Source of the DNA: Chloroflexia bacterium
Lineage (GTDB): Bacteria > Chloroflexota > Chloroflexia > QHBQ01 > JADMIH01
NCBI GenBank assembly: GCA_036389075.1
Contig: DASVQO010000546.1
Coordinates: 1-54,811 of the forward strand
DNA: 54,811 nt
Direction: 5' to 3'
In this document: positions 25,065 through 34,074 of the stretch, in pieces
Layout: the number at the start of each line of letters is the position of its first letter
How positions within the stretch are numbered: position 1 is the first letter of the stretch
Position numbers and translations under genes: made by a program
The notes under the pieces: generated by a model
What the model was told of the DNA's origin: nothing
What the model saw: only the letters and a program-made list of their open reading frames with translations
The model's database searches: none

Positions 25065-25967
25065 TTGCCATTACACACCACGGAAGGGCATATTAAGCCC
25101 CACCCACCCTTCGACTTTGACAAGTCGAAAGAGTTCCTGGCAGGCTTCGCACCCACGCAAAGGGACAACAAATCCGCTGGGGCGTCGTTCGCCAGGGCGC
25201 TCTCCATGGAAGGGCAAGTCGTGGCCTTTAAGCTAACCTCCACCGGCAGCGTTGAGAAGCCGGAGCTGCATTACAGGCTCCTGTCCGAGCAACCGCTGGA
25301 TGGCGGCACGCAGCGCAGGGCGCTGGACCGCGTCGCCCTATATCTCAGCCTGCACGACGACCTGGGGCCGTTCTACAGCCTCGGTCGCCAGGACCCCCTA
25401 TTCGCCCCGGTCGTGGAGCGGCTGTACGGCTACCACCAGGTGAAGTTCCTGTCGCCCTTCGAGGCGGGCTGCTGGGCCGTGCTGACCCAGCGCAACGCCA
25501 TGTCCGAGGCCCGCAAGATGCGCACCGTGCTGGCGAAGCGCTACGGTAGCAGCATAGAGGTCGAGGGCGCGACCCATTGGGCCTTCCCCGAACCCGCCCA
25601 ACTGGCGATAGCCGACCCCTCGGACCTGGGGGCTATCGCTGACAACGAGCGCAAGGGCGAGTACATGCAAGCCCTCGCCCGCGCCTTCGAGCAGGTAAGC
25701 GACGAGTTCCTGCTATCCGCCCCCTACACCGAGGTAGAATCCTGGCTGCGCGGCATCAAGGGCGTGGGCGAGTGGTCGGCGGCCTTCATCTTGTTGCGCG
25801 GCCTGGGGCGTCCCGACCGCGTACCTATGGAGAAGAACACGCTGAGGGCGATTTCGCGGGTGTACGGCGGTGGTAAAGCGTTGAGCGAGGGGGAGGCGAA
25901 TGAGATCGCGGAGAGGTACGGGGCGTGGCAGGGGTACTGGGCGCATTACCTCCGGGCAGCCACGTAA
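25065..25967 (+). CDS. HhH-GPD superfamily DNA glycosylase (AlkA / 3-methyladenine glycosylase II-like)
   Basis: The helix-hairpin-helix region is LRGIKGVGEWSAAFILLRGLGRPDRVP. Size and layout fit AlkA-like proteins. Confidence 0.75.
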   Translation: MPLHTTEGHIKPHPPFDFDKSKEFLAGFAPTQRDNKSAGASFARALSMEGQVVAFKLTSTGSVEKPELHYRLLSEQPLDGGTQRRALDRVALYLSLHDDLGPFYSLGRQDPLFAPVVERLYGYHQVKFLSPFEAGCWAVLTQRNAMSEARKMRTVLAKRYGSSIEVEGATHWAFPEPAQLAIADPSDLGAIADNERKGEYMQALARAFEQVSDEFLLSAPYTEVESWLRGIKGVGEWSAAFILLRGLGRPDRVPMEKNTLRAISRVYGGGKALSEGEANEIAERYGAWQGYWAHYLRAAT

Positions 25968-26023
25968 GCAGAACATAATTGGGTACCCGGCAGCAATTCA
26001 CACGAGGCACATGGTTGGTGCCT

Positions 26024-26908
26024 TCAATCTTTATCTGGTATGTCAACCGTATTATTTGCGTGGAGACCTACATAGGGCAATAGAGCCATATGACGTGCGC
26101 GCTTGATTGCCACTCTCAGGCCCCGTTGATGACGAGCGCAGATTCCGGTCTTGCGTCGTGACTCAAGCTTATTGCGCTCAGAGAGGTAGCGACGCAATCC
26201 CGCTACATCCTTGTAATCGATCTCCTCGACGCGATCTACACAGAAGGGGCACGCTTTGCGGTGAGGTACATAGCGATCGCCACGGCCGTGAGGAAGACCT
26301 AAATTGCGCGCTTGAGTACCCCCAGGGCTGCTTGCAAATCGGGACAGCTTGGCGGCGAACTTGGACAGCTTGGCAGCATCTTTGGTAGGTGCGGCGGGTA
26401 ACTTAGACGGCCTACCGCCGACGAATGAAAAAGGGAGGGCAGCAGGGCGGTGTTCAGCAGGCTGTTGCAGATTTTCAGTTTCCCTATCGGATGTCAAGCC
26501 CGGCTCCCAAAATTCTACCTGCTCATAAGGCCAGGGAACGCTAATCGGTTCGCGGCCTTCACGTTGGGCGGCTTGCCATTCATCTTCCCATGATACCCGT
26601 ATTACCTTCTGGGGGGTACCGGCTCGATTCTCTATTTCCTCTATGTCTGACACCGCGCGCAGCCCAACGCGCCACGATCCGTCTTCAATACGCACCTGCA
26701 CAGTGTCCCCCGCGTGGAACTGGGGCTGGAGTTCTCCAAAGAGAGTCAAAGATGGAGTAGCCTGTTGCTCACGCACGGCACCGGCAGCTCTTAGCAAGCT
26801 CTCTACCGCATCACCGCGCTGCTTGGCCCACTTTCTATTCTTACTCGCTCGATTATGCTTGTCCCCTGTGTCGTTCATCTTGCTATTCGCCTTTGCCATA
26901 GTGGACAT
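26024..26908 (-). CDS. Fusion protein: ~200-aa N-terminal region of unknown family plus a C-terminal ribosomal protein bS18 domain
   Basis: C-terminal [65 protein letters not shown] aligns by eye with E. coli and B. subtilis S18 (RK.C.F....EIDYKD..L..(Y/F).(S/T)E.GK....R.TG..AK.QR.L..AIKRAR..(A/S)LLPY). The frame stays open across about 200 upstream codons in DNA that is not G+C-rich. The linker has an AAKLS(K/R)F tandem. The start could also be ATG 26899 or 26878. Confidence 0.75.
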   Translation of the reverse strand: MSTMAKANSKMNDTGDKHNRASKNRKWAKQRGDAVESLLRAAGAVREQQATPSLTLFGELQPQFHAGDTVQVRIEDGSWRVGLRAVSDIEEIENRAGTPQKVIRVSWEDEWQAAQREGREPISVPWPYEQVEFWEPGLTSDRETENLQQPAEHRPAALPFSFVGGRPSKLPAAPTKDAAKLSKFAAKLSRFASSPGGTQARNLGLPHGRGDRYVPHRKACPFCVDRVEEIDYKDVAGLRRYLSERNKLESRRKTGICARHQRGLRVAIKRARHMALLPYVGLHANNTVDIPDKD

Positions 26909-27458
26909 TCTTCTCTCTAAGAATTACATGTCCTCGGCTATAAGTCAAGGTCGCACCCAAGGCTTGTGTAACAGCTAAAACCTGATTGACAAGCCGCCCA
27001 TCAGGGTCTGCTATTTCTATGGTATCACTTGCCAAGAGCCTGGCTCCTGCAAAGCCATGCTCGACAAGCACGTCCATCACAACATCTCTCTCCTGCCCAG
27101 CAAGTAACTTGATTCGATAGATGAACCCCTCGCTTTCATCATCTGGTGCGAACAAGAGGACGGCAGATTGGTTGTACCGGGCACCCAATTCATCAGCCAG
27201 GTCGATTATATGCTCTAAATCACCGGTGAGCCAGATTGATGCTGCTGGTTCGGGCACACCTCCCCACACGCCTTCAGTTCGCTCAGAATAGGTTACCCTT
27301 ATTCCACGTTTCTCCGCTGCTCTCTTCAGATAGTTCTCAAAGCCCTTGTAACGTGTAGTCCGAAAATAGTCTTGTCCTGCACTAGTTCGACTGCCACGAT
27401 AAGGCGTAATGCCCATGTTCACAAGTTGGTGCTTGAGTCCATCCTCTTCGCTACTCAC
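26883..27458 (-). CDS. Hypothetical protein (191 aa), first gene of the S18-fusion cassette
   Basis: Uninterrupted ORF in lower-G+C DNA. It overlaps or abuts the downstream S18-fusion gene. It has a GTG start with a weak AAGG upstream. No family recognised. Confidence 0.5.
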   Translation of the reverse strand: MSSEEDGLKHQLVNMGITPYRGSRTSAGQDYFRTTRYKGFENYLKRAAEKRGIRVTYSERTEGVWGGVPEPAASIWLTGDLEHIIDLADELGARYNQSAVLLFAPDDESEGFIYRIKLLAGQERDVVMDVLVEHGFAGARLLASDTIEIADPDGRLVNQVLAVTQALGATLTYSRGHVILREKNVHYGKGE

Positions 27459-27695
27459 ACGGGCAACCTTACCAACTCCGCCTTGAGTCGAGCTAAATTG
27501 CTGTAGAACAATCGCCGGATATTCCCTGCTTACATTTTACAAGATAGTCCAACTCTACATACCCACCTATTTTTGGTCCTCAAGTCACTCATTTCAACTT
27601 AGGCTAGAAGCTTGTGCTTGATAAATGGTCGGTTGATCGAGTACTCGGCTCTCCTCCACATGCAGAACAAATTTTAACATTCCGTGCCTAAACCA

Positions 27696-27724
27696 TTGAC
27701 AAATTAGAACAAATTTGCTATAAT
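27696..27724 (+). promoter_or_regulatory. Perfect sigma70 consensus promoter driving the annealase and HTH genes
   Basis: TTGACA (27696-27701), an exact 17-nt spacer, then TATAAT (27719-27724). The spacer contains the inverted repeat caaatt/aatttg (27700-27705 / 27712-27717). AGGAGG RBS lies at 27832-27837 before GTG 27846. Confidence 0.7.
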
Positions 27725-27845
27725 TTACTTGCAGGTGAGACAAGGGCCCGCTGCTGAGAAGGCCCGAAGCGCACCCGCGAAACACAGCGCGATAATCGAG
27801 TAGAGAGCTTGGATGAAGAGTTTTAGAGCTTAGGAGGCAACAGTA

Positions 27846-28766
27846 GTGAGTGCTAAGAAGATTGAGCAAGAAGAGTTTCTAGCGGAAGTTCCGGCTGAGG
27901 TTGCGGGGGCGGCTATTATGCCCGCGTCGTTGCTCGCCGACACCCCCACCCAGGCGGAAGCACCTGAGGCCGGCAGCGGCGCCAGGGCCAAGAACGGCGC
28001 GAAGGGCCAGGGCCGCACCCCCTTCGATCCCACCCAGTACCTCAGCAACTTCGACGGCCGCGAGTACCTGGAAGTCAAGTGGCGGCTCCTGTGGCTGCGT
28101 AGCGAGCACCCCGATGCCCGCATGGCCACCGAGATCGTCCAGCACAACGAAGAAGGCGGCTTCGCCCTCTTCCGCGCCGAGGTCGAGATACCCGGCGGCG
28201 GCAAGGCCACCGGCTGGGGTTCCGAGACGGTCCGCGACTTCCACGATTACATCGAGGCAGCCGAGACCAAGGCGCTGGGCCGCGCACTCGCAGCCCTCGG
28301 CTACGGCACCCAGTTCTGCCAGGACTTCGACTTCTCCGCTAACGCCCGCCCCGGCACCAGCCAGGTGGTGGACGCGCCCGTGAACCTGGCCGACCGCCGC
28401 AACAACGGCTATGCCGCCAGGAGCAACGGTAACAGCGGCAGCGGCAGCGGCAGTGGCAACGCGGGCAAGAGCGGCGGTTTCGCCAACAGCGGCTTCAGGA
28501 CCGCACCCGCCAACGATGGTGGCCGCATGCCCGCAGAGGACGATGAGTTCGACCGCCTGCCTGCCGCCGAGATCTCTCCCAGCGGCTCCGCGGCCACCGA
28601 GAAGCAGATCAAGGCTATCTACGCTATCGGCCGGGCCAGCAAGCGCCTCTCCGAGAGCCAGGTAGACGACCGGGCAGTGGAGATCTTTGGCGTCCGCCCG
28701 CAGGAGCTAACCAAGGCCGAGGCTTCGCAACTGATCGACATGCTCAAGGGCGACACGGCGGCCTAA
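27846..28766 (+). CDS. Rad52/Sak-like single-strand annealing protein with Gly/Ser-rich linker and C-terminal helical domain
   Basis: GGGKATGWGSETVRDFHDYIEAAETKALGRALAALGYGTQF resembles the Rad52/Sak signature (G.G.........A.TDA.KRA....G.G). There is a low-complexity NGNSGSGSGSGNAGKSGGF linker. The C-terminus is TEKQIKAIYAIG...LTKAEASQLIDMLKG. Confidence 0.6.
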   Translation: MSAKKIEQEEFLAEVPAEVAGAAIMPASLLADTPTQAEAPEAGSGARAKNGAKGQGRTPFDPTQYLSNFDGREYLEVKWRLLWLRSEHPDARMATEIVQHNEEGGFALFRAEVEIPGGGKATGWGSETVRDFHDYIEAAETKALGRALAALGYGTQFCQDFDFSANARPGTSQVVDAPVNLADRRNNGYAARSNGNSGSGSGSGNAGKSGGFANSGFRTAPANDGGRMPAEDDEFDRLPAAEISPSGSAATEKQIKAIYAIGRASKRLSESQVDDRAVEIFGVRPQELTKAEASQLIDMLKGDTAA

Positions 28767-28783
28767 CAAGCAGGAAATAGCGA

Positions 28784-28840
28784 GTACCAAGTACCAAGTA
28801 CCAAGGGCCGAGAGGTTTGAATCTGCTCGGCCCTTGGTAC
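28784..28840. repeat. Heptamer array (GTACCAA)x3 merging into a 15-bp-stem hairpin
   Basis: gtaccaagtaccaagtaccaagggccgag (28784-28812), a 13-nt loop, then ctcggcccttggtac (28826-28840). It lies between the annealase stop and the HTH gene. Confidence 0.7.
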
Positions 28841-28863
28841 CCGGAACTATTGGGAGAACGGCG

Positions 28864-29136
28864 ATGACAGACGAGATGTACACTACAAAGCAGGCGGCGA
28901 TCTACCTTGGGCTCACCGAGGCGGACGTGCGGCTGGCGATACGCGAGGGCAAACTGCGGGCCTGGACCATGCCAATGAGCCGCAACTTGCTGGTGCGCCG
29001 CAGCGACTTGATGCACATGCGCGAGTCGGGCGCTCACGCCACCCTTACCCGCCAGCTGCCTCTGTTCGCCGCCGACAGCTACGGCACGCGCAAGAAGCGT
29101 CAAGAGGAAAAGGCCGCAGAGTCGGACGTTGCGTAG
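28864..29136 (+). CDS. Excisionase-family (MerR-like) helix-turn-helix DNA-binding protein
   Basis: YTTKQAAIYLGLTEADVRLAIREGKLRAW matches the excisionase-family HTH pattern. GGGAGA lies before ATG 28864 (inside ORF 28834..29136). Confidence 0.7.
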   Translation: MTDEMYTTKQAAIYLGLTEADVRLAIREGKLRAWTMPMSRNLLVRRSDLMHMRESGAHATLTRQLPLFAADSYGTRKKRQEEKAAESDVA

Positions 29137-29289
29137 TGGTTAGTGCTTAGTGGTTAGTTGACGAAGCGGACAGGTTAGTTCGCTTGGATCGTTGAGCCGG
29201 GTAGCTCCAGTGTGAGCCCCGGCTTTGTTGTGCGCGGCGAGGCCAACCGTGCTCCTCTTCCCTAACCACTAGCCACTAGCCACTAGCCA
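29134..29289. repeat. Inverted heptamer arms (TAGTGGT/TAGTGCT versus ACCACTA/GCCACTA) around a terminator hairpin
   Basis: Left arm is tagtggttagtgcttagtggttagt (29134-29158). Right arm is ctaaccactagccactagccactagcca (29262-29289). The inner hairpin is agccggg (29195-29201) / cccggct (29218-29224), followed by ttgttgtg. Confidence 0.6.
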
Positions 29290-29341
29290 TGCGTGCTTGC
29301 AAAACGACAGCCTCGTGCAGCATGGTTGCGTCCCCCATTCC

Positions 29342-31183
29342 TCATTTAGCCGGAGGCTGCGATCTCGTGGGTATTTCGCAACCAGGCATGAGAGAACCCA
29401 CCACAATCTTGGCCGTCTGGCCTCGTGTGATGTTGCTGCCGGGCCTGAAATACACGCCGGGGCAAGGTTCAACTTCCCCGGTGCCGGGGTTGGTGCTGCC
29501 ACAAGCGTAGCCGGAGATGACGTTGTGCGCGGCCGCGCGCTCGATAAAGACGTAGAAGGGGTCGCCCGGTGACACGTCACGGAAGGTCTGGCCGGTGGGC
29601 GTCTCGTTGTAGCCCGCGACGTTGGCCGCGATCTTGGCAAGCTGGCCGCGAGTCAGATAAGCGCCCGGCCGGTAGTAAGCGCCGGGGCACGGCTCGCCTT
29701 CCATGCCACACGCATAGCCGCTGATCGCCCCGTGCGCGTACACTCTTTCGATATAGAGCCAGAACGGGCTGTCGGGCGGCACGTCCTCGAACGTCTGGCG
29801 GCTCTCTGGTATATCGTCGCTGTAGCCCGCGGCGTTGGAGACGATCTTGGCGACCTGGCCCCGTGTCACGCGCTCGTTGGGCCTGAAAGATGCGTCCGTA
29901 TAGCCGCTCACCAGGCCCTGGCAGGCAAGGCAGCGCACGTATGAATAGAAGGGGTTGTTTTTCGGCACGTCCCAGAACGGGTCGCTCGAATAATGCAGAA
30001 CTACATCCGCACCGACCGCCCACACATCTTCCGGACCTACAACGTCCACGGAGGTCAGGTCTCCCGGCGGCCTTCCCCTGGGCGGTGCGGGCACCTGGCT
30101 CCAGGCGCTACCATCCCAGTGCAGAGTGTCAAATTCTCCCACAGCCCATATATCATTAGTCGCCACCGCTGATATAGCGTGGAGCACGCCGACATCCGGG
30201 CTAGGTACGTACGACCACTGCGAACCATCGTAATGGGCCGTTGCCGACCGGGGTGTGTTGTTATCGAAGTAAGATCCCACGGCCCAGACGTCCTCGGGGG
30301 CGATCACCTCAACGTCCGACAGGTGCCATGTATTGCCACTGCCCGGCCCTTTCCCTGGGCTGCTCGTTGTCCACTCAGTGCCCGTCCAATGGAACAACGT
30401 CGTTACGATGTATACGCCGGTCGCCCAGACGTGACCGCCCGGTATGCCCGAAACCGAGCTCATCCAGTTGCCCTGGGTGCCCGAGCCTGGGCTGGGAGCC
30501 ACAGTCCACGCCTCGCCGTCCCAGTGTATCGCGTACGTGGACTCCCGGTAGTCCGAGCTAGGCCACTGAATACCCACAAGCCACACGTCGTCGGCTGATA
30601 TAGCTGCTATGTCGTAGTACCAACCGCGCTCGGGCTTCACAGGGGTGTCATATTCGAGACTCCAGGCGGTACCATCCCAGTGGATGACGTCGGAACCGTT
30701 GGTCGCCCAGACATCATCGTGGTCCACAGCAGAAATATTCCTGAGGCCCCTTACCCCCGCCGTGGGTACGCGGGACCAGGTAGCGCCGTCCCAGTGTACG
30801 GCACCCTCGGAGTACGTGGTGCCACTGCCACCCACAATCCACACGTCATCAGGGGAAATGGCAGCTACATCCGCGAAGCCCGGCCGCAAGTCACCCAGGC
30901 CGGGCACGGGCACGGGCCTCCACCCGGCTTCGCACGGCTCCAGGGGCACGGCTGTTTGCAGGGGCGTGGCTGTCGCGGTAGGCGAACCGGTTGCAACAGT
31001 GGTCTGGGTGGCTAAGGGTTGCTGCTGTGCCCTGATTTCCGTTGCCGGCATGGAGACAACCAGGAGAAGCGCAAAAGTCAGCATGGCTACGAACAAAAAT
31101 ACACCAAGCAGTGTCCAGCGGTCAGAGTGTTTGCGACGAGGCATAACGCGATTCCTCCGATATGGCGGGCAGTTCAACCCCAC
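29342..31183 (-). CDS. Secreted or membrane-anchored six-bladed HWDG propeller protein with three C-terminal SLH domains (paralog of 9334..12714)
   Basis: N-terminal TM/signal is WTLLGVFLFVAMLTFALLLVV. There are six (V/I)HWDGxxW repeats with DDVW(A/I)VG. The first SLH unit has classical length (SGYTDASFRPNERVTRGQVAKIV). The second and third carry a GYACG..GEPC insertion. Confidence 0.85.
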   Translation of the reverse strand: MGLNCPPYRRNRVMPRRKHSDRWTLLGVFLFVAMLTFALLLVVSMPATEIRAQQQPLATQTTVATGSPTATATPLQTAVPLEPCEAGWRPVPVPGLGDLRPGFADVAAISPDDVWIVGGSGTTYSEGAVHWDGATWSRVPTAGVRGLRNISAVDHDDVWATNGSDVIHWDGTAWSLEYDTPVKPERGWYYDIAAISADDVWLVGIQWPSSDYRESTYAIHWDGEAWTVAPSPGSGTQGNWMSSVSGIPGGHVWATGVYIVTTLFHWTGTEWTTSSPGKGPGSGNTWHLSDVEVIAPEDVWAVGSYFDNNTPRSATAHYDGSQWSYVPSPDVGVLHAISAVATNDIWAVGEFDTLHWDGSAWSQVPAPPRGRPPGDLTSVDVVGPEDVWAVGADVVLHYSSDPFWDVPKNNPFYSYVRCLACQGLVSGYTDASFRPNERVTRGQVAKIVSNAAGYSDDIPESRQTFEDVPPDSPFWLYIERVYAHGAISGYACGMEGEPCPGAYYRPGAYLTRGQLAKIAANVAGYNETPTGQTFRDVSPGDPFYVFIERAAAHNVISGYACGSTNPGTGEVEPCPGVYFRPGSNITRGQTAKIVVGSLMPGCEIPTRSQPPAK

Positions 31184-31444
31184 GAGAATGTGAGGTGCAC
31201 AACAAGGCTAGATCGACAAAAATACGCTCTACTATAGCAGGAGAGCTTGAAAGTAGCCATCCGAATAGAGTACACGCCCAATGAATTATACCCGATGCAC
31301 GCTCACGGGCGCTACAGCTGAGATAGCGCGTATCTTGACTTGAGGACAGTGCCACGCGAACGATCTCAAAGTGTCTTGAAAGCCACTATTTAGTACATTA
31401 GTCCCACAAAAGTCCCAAAAGTATTGCAGGGCAAATCTCACCTC

Positions 31445-31472
31445 TTGTAAGATGCTGCTATATCGTTATAAT
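31445..31472 (+). promoter_or_regulatory. Candidate promoter of the TPR gene
   Basis: TTGTAA (31445-31450), a 16-nt spacer, then TATAAT (31467-31472). Confidence 0.4.
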
Positions 31473-31524
31473 CTATTCGTCAGTGTCGCATATGCGCCCG
31501 GTGACCGATGAGGTGAGATAACAG

Positions 31525-32391
31525 ATGAGGAAGAGTATCAGCGAGATTCTGGCTGAGAAACGCACAGCAGGCAGCGAAAGCGGGGGTAGCATGCAGGAGA
31601 TGATGCAACGGGGCATAGCCGCCTCCGAAGCGGGAGATAAGCAGACCGCCAACGAGATATTCAGGCAGGTCGCCCAGCAGTACCCCGATAACGTGGAAGT
31701 GTGGGTGTGGCTAGGCTGGTCTAGCTCCAACATGGACGAGGCAGAAGGGGCCTTTACGCGCGCCGCCGAGCTGGACCCCAGCAACGAAGAGGTGTCCCTT
31801 GGCCTGCGTTGGGTCATGTCGCAGCGCGCCGCCGAGCCACGACCGCCCGAAAGAGATACCCCTGCCCCCGAACCGGTGCAGCAGACATGGCAGCAAGAGC
31901 AGCCTGCGGCCCAGAGCGCTCCCGCAGCACCCGTCGCCACTGCCACCACTCCGCGGTTCGACCTATCCCCATCGGCTCCACCCCAACTGGAGGACGACCT
32001 GCCGCCCCGGCCCATACCCACCCGAAGCGTGAGCGAGATGCTCCAACAGGCGATTAAGACAGTGCAGAGCGGCGACAAGGCCACGGCCTACAGGATGTTC
32101 GAGCACATACTATCCGTGCGAGCGGGCGACCCCGACATCTGGGTGTGGCTCGGCGGCACGAGCAGCAGCCTGGAGGACGCCGAGTCAGCCTTCCGCCGCG
32201 CCCGCGAGATCGACCCCTTCAACGAGAAGGCCACGCTCGGCCTGCGCTGGGTCTCCCTCCGCAGGCAGGTAGCCTACGCCTCGGCAATACCTTCCACCCC
32301 CGCGTCAAGCCCCGAACCCTCGAACGAACCCGCTCCCCGCAAAGAAAACGTCTTCAGCAGGTTCTTCAAACGGTTCACCCGCTCCTCGTAG
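31525..32391 (+). CDS. TPR-like repeat protein with internal duplication
   Basis: Two homologous blocks (GDKQTANEIFRQVAQQYPDNVEVWVWLGWSSSNMDEAEGAFTRAAELDPSNEEVSLGLRWV and GDKATAYRMFEHILSVRAGDPDIWVWLGGTSSSLEDAESAFRRAREIDPFNEKATLGLRWV) are separated by a Pro-rich linker. Confidence 0.7.
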   Translation: MRKSISEILAEKRTAGSESGGSMQEMMQRGIAASEAGDKQTANEIFRQVAQQYPDNVEVWVWLGWSSSNMDEAEGAFTRAAELDPSNEEVSLGLRWVMSQRAAEPRPPERDTPAPEPVQQTWQQEQPAAQSAPAAPVATATTPRFDLSPSAPPQLEDDLPPRPIPTRSVSEMLQQAIKTVQSGDKATAYRMFEHILSVRAGDPDIWVWLGGTSSSLEDAESAFRRAREIDPFNEKATLGLRWVSLRRQVAYASAIPSTPASSPEPSNEPAPRKENVFSRFFKRFTRSS

Positions 32392-32454
32392 CCTGGCGCA
32401 GTTTAGAGACGACAAGGCAAAAACGCAACGAGAAGAAGGGCTGGAGAGTACAGA

Positions 32455-32496
32455 GAGGACCAGGGGTACGTATGCCGTGCCCTGGTCCTCTTGCTT
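32455..32496 (+). terminator. Rho-independent terminator after the TPR gene
   Basis: gaggaccaggg (32455-32465) pairs with ccctggtcctc (32480-32490), followed by ttgctt. It is flanked by degenerate ACGCCAAG-like arms (aacgcaacgag / cctggcgtggtccctcgcgtt). Confidence 0.65.
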
Positions 32497-32570
32497 AGAT
32501 TTGACCTGGCGTGGTCCCTCGCGTTCCTGGGGGCTACCTCCCTTACTCACGCGTCATGTAGAATGCACGT

Positions 32571-33524
32571 ATGACTGAACCAGGTGCACCCGCCACACAG
32601 GCGCCAACTACGATCTCTCCTGAGATCGTGGCCGCCATTCTCGCCAGGCATGGCCTCCAGGAGCGTGCGGTTGTTCCGCTGGCGAATTTGAGCGCCGGGA
32701 ATAGCGTCTACCTGCTGGGCGAGGACCTGGTGCTCCGGGTCCCGCACGGGACGACTGGTGACGGCTACGCACTGAAGACGGCGCGCATTGCTATCACGGC
32801 GGCAAGGGCCGCGGGTGTACGCACTCCTGAGATCCTGGTATACGATGACACTCGGGAGCTACTTCCAATGCCTTATGCGCTCCTGCAACGGGTGCCGGGA
32901 GAGCCTCTAAGCAAGCAGGAGTTTGAGCCGGGTGAAATTCCTCAAGTGTGGAGGGAGTTGGGTCACGACCTGGCTCTGCTGCACCACGGAGTGCCCAGAC
33001 ACGGGCCCGCGGGCCAATTGAAGCCCGGTGACGTGCAGGTAGACCCGCGCCCCTGGTTGGAGGAGCTGGCTATTCAAGGGCTGCTCTCGCCCGTTGAGGC
33101 CGAGTGGCTGCGCAGGTGGCTTGACGAACTCCAGCCGCTCGTCAACACAGGCGAACAGGTGGCTTTTTGCCACGGCGACGTGAACGCCGATAACGTCCTT
33201 GTTCGCCCTGTTGCACTCGAGTATCTCGCGCTCCTCGACTGGGATGGGGCCGGGTGGATGGACCCTGCCTGGGACTTTGTGCCTCTGCCTCTACGCGCGG
33301 TGCCGTGGGTATTGCAAGGGTACAGGGAGGTCGCGGAGGTGCCCGGGGAGAGCACGGCGGAAGCCCGCATTCTATGGCACCACATACAATACACCCTGTT
33401 CATCTGGTGGAACAAGCGGCACCACAGACGTGGCACAATCGACCGGGGCTTTCAACGACTCCGGTTCGGCATCAGAGAAATGCTCGAACTGCCGGGTGCG
33501 AGATGGATGGCGCACCTCGGCTGA
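32571..33524 (+). CDS. Aminoglycoside/choline-kinase-type phosphotransferase (APH family)
   Basis: Catalytic loop is FCHGDVNADNVLV (HGD.N..N). The downstream LLDWDGAG is DFG-like. Confidence 0.8.
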   Translation: MTEPGAPATQAPTTISPEIVAAILARHGLQERAVVPLANLSAGNSVYLLGEDLVLRVPHGTTGDGYALKTARIAITAARAAGVRTPEILVYDDTRELLPMPYALLQRVPGEPLSKQEFEPGEIPQVWRELGHDLALLHHGVPRHGPAGQLKPGDVQVDPRPWLEELAIQGLLSPVEAEWLRRWLDELQPLVNTGEQVAFCHGDVNADNVLVRPVALEYLALLDWDGAGWMDPAWDFVPLPLRAVPWVLQGYREVAEVPGESTAEARILWHHIQYTLFIWWNKRHHRRGTIDRGFQRLRFGIREMLELPGARWMAHLG

Positions 33525-33602
33525 CTCCGTCGGCGCTGCTCGGTTTGGAAGTGAGTCCCAGGGCCCCAACGTTGCAACTACAGCCGGCCCGCGTTCGCCT
33601 CG

Positions 33603-33631
33603 TTGCAAAAGGGCATGGGCGTCGTTATAAT
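33603..33631 (+). promoter_or_regulatory. Sigma70-type promoter upstream of rsfS
   Basis: TTGCAA (33603-33608), a 17-nt spacer, then TATAAT (33626-33631). Confidence 0.6.
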
Positions 33632-33706
33632 TGATAGAGAGTGGATAACTACCACTCAGGCGCAGAGTAGAGGTACACTGGAGGTAGGACACTGGAAGCA
33701 AACGCA

Positions 33707-34036
33707 TTGGCAAGGCAGGTCGTGGAAATCGCCTCGGACCGCAAGGCAGAGGATATCGTGATGATGGACATCGGCAAGGTGTCGATTATCGCGGACTACT
33801 TCGTGATATGTACCGGCACAAGCGACCGCCACGTGCGGGCTATAGCCAGGGAGATAGACGAGAAACTGGGCGACCAGGAGATCAACCCGCTCAACGTCGA
33901 GGGGCTAAACGAGGCCAAATGGGTGCTGATGGACTACGGCCCCGTGCTGGTCCACATATTCGACAGCACCACCCGTGACTTCTATCGCCTGGAGCAACTC
34001 TGGACCGGCGCTCAGACAGTGCTGGTCGTCCAATAA
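33707..34036 (+). CDS. rsfS: Ribosomal silencing factor RsfS (iojap-like)
   Basis: DRKAEDIVMMDIGKVSIIADYFVICTGTSDRHVRAIA...WVLMDYGPVLVHIF...R.FYRLEQLW. The exact start is uncertain: TTG 33707, or an upstream non-ATG codon nearer the GGAGG at 33680. Confidence 0.9.
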   Translation: MARQVVEIASDRKAEDIVMMDIGKVSIIADYFVICTGTSDRHVRAIAREIDEKLGDQEINPLNVEGLNEAKWVLMDYGPVLVHIFDSTTRDFYRLEQLWTGAQTVLVVQ

Positions 34037-34074
34037 CATAGGTGGGGCGCGCTCAATACATCAAGGAAGATGCA

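Noticed and set aside
27459-27695. Small repressor gene or minus-strand promoter in the divergent region between the S18-fusion cassette and the annealase promoter (including ORF 27594..27869, minus strand).
   Set aside because: The 91-aa ORF has an implausible Cys/Leu/Ser-rich sequence and no HTH. I could only find a weak TAAAAT -10-like hexamer without a -35 for the minus-strand operon, so no call was made.
28805-28840. tRNA-fragment-like sequence (gggccgagaggtttgaatctgctcggccc) that might mark an attachment site for the annealase/excisionase island.
   Set aside because: The stem is 8 bp (15 bp counting the ttggtac/gtaccaa pairing) with a 13-nt loop. That does not fit a T-arm (5-bp stem, 7-nt loop), and no acceptor-stem/CCA context follows. 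No matching direct repeat was found at the other side of the island.
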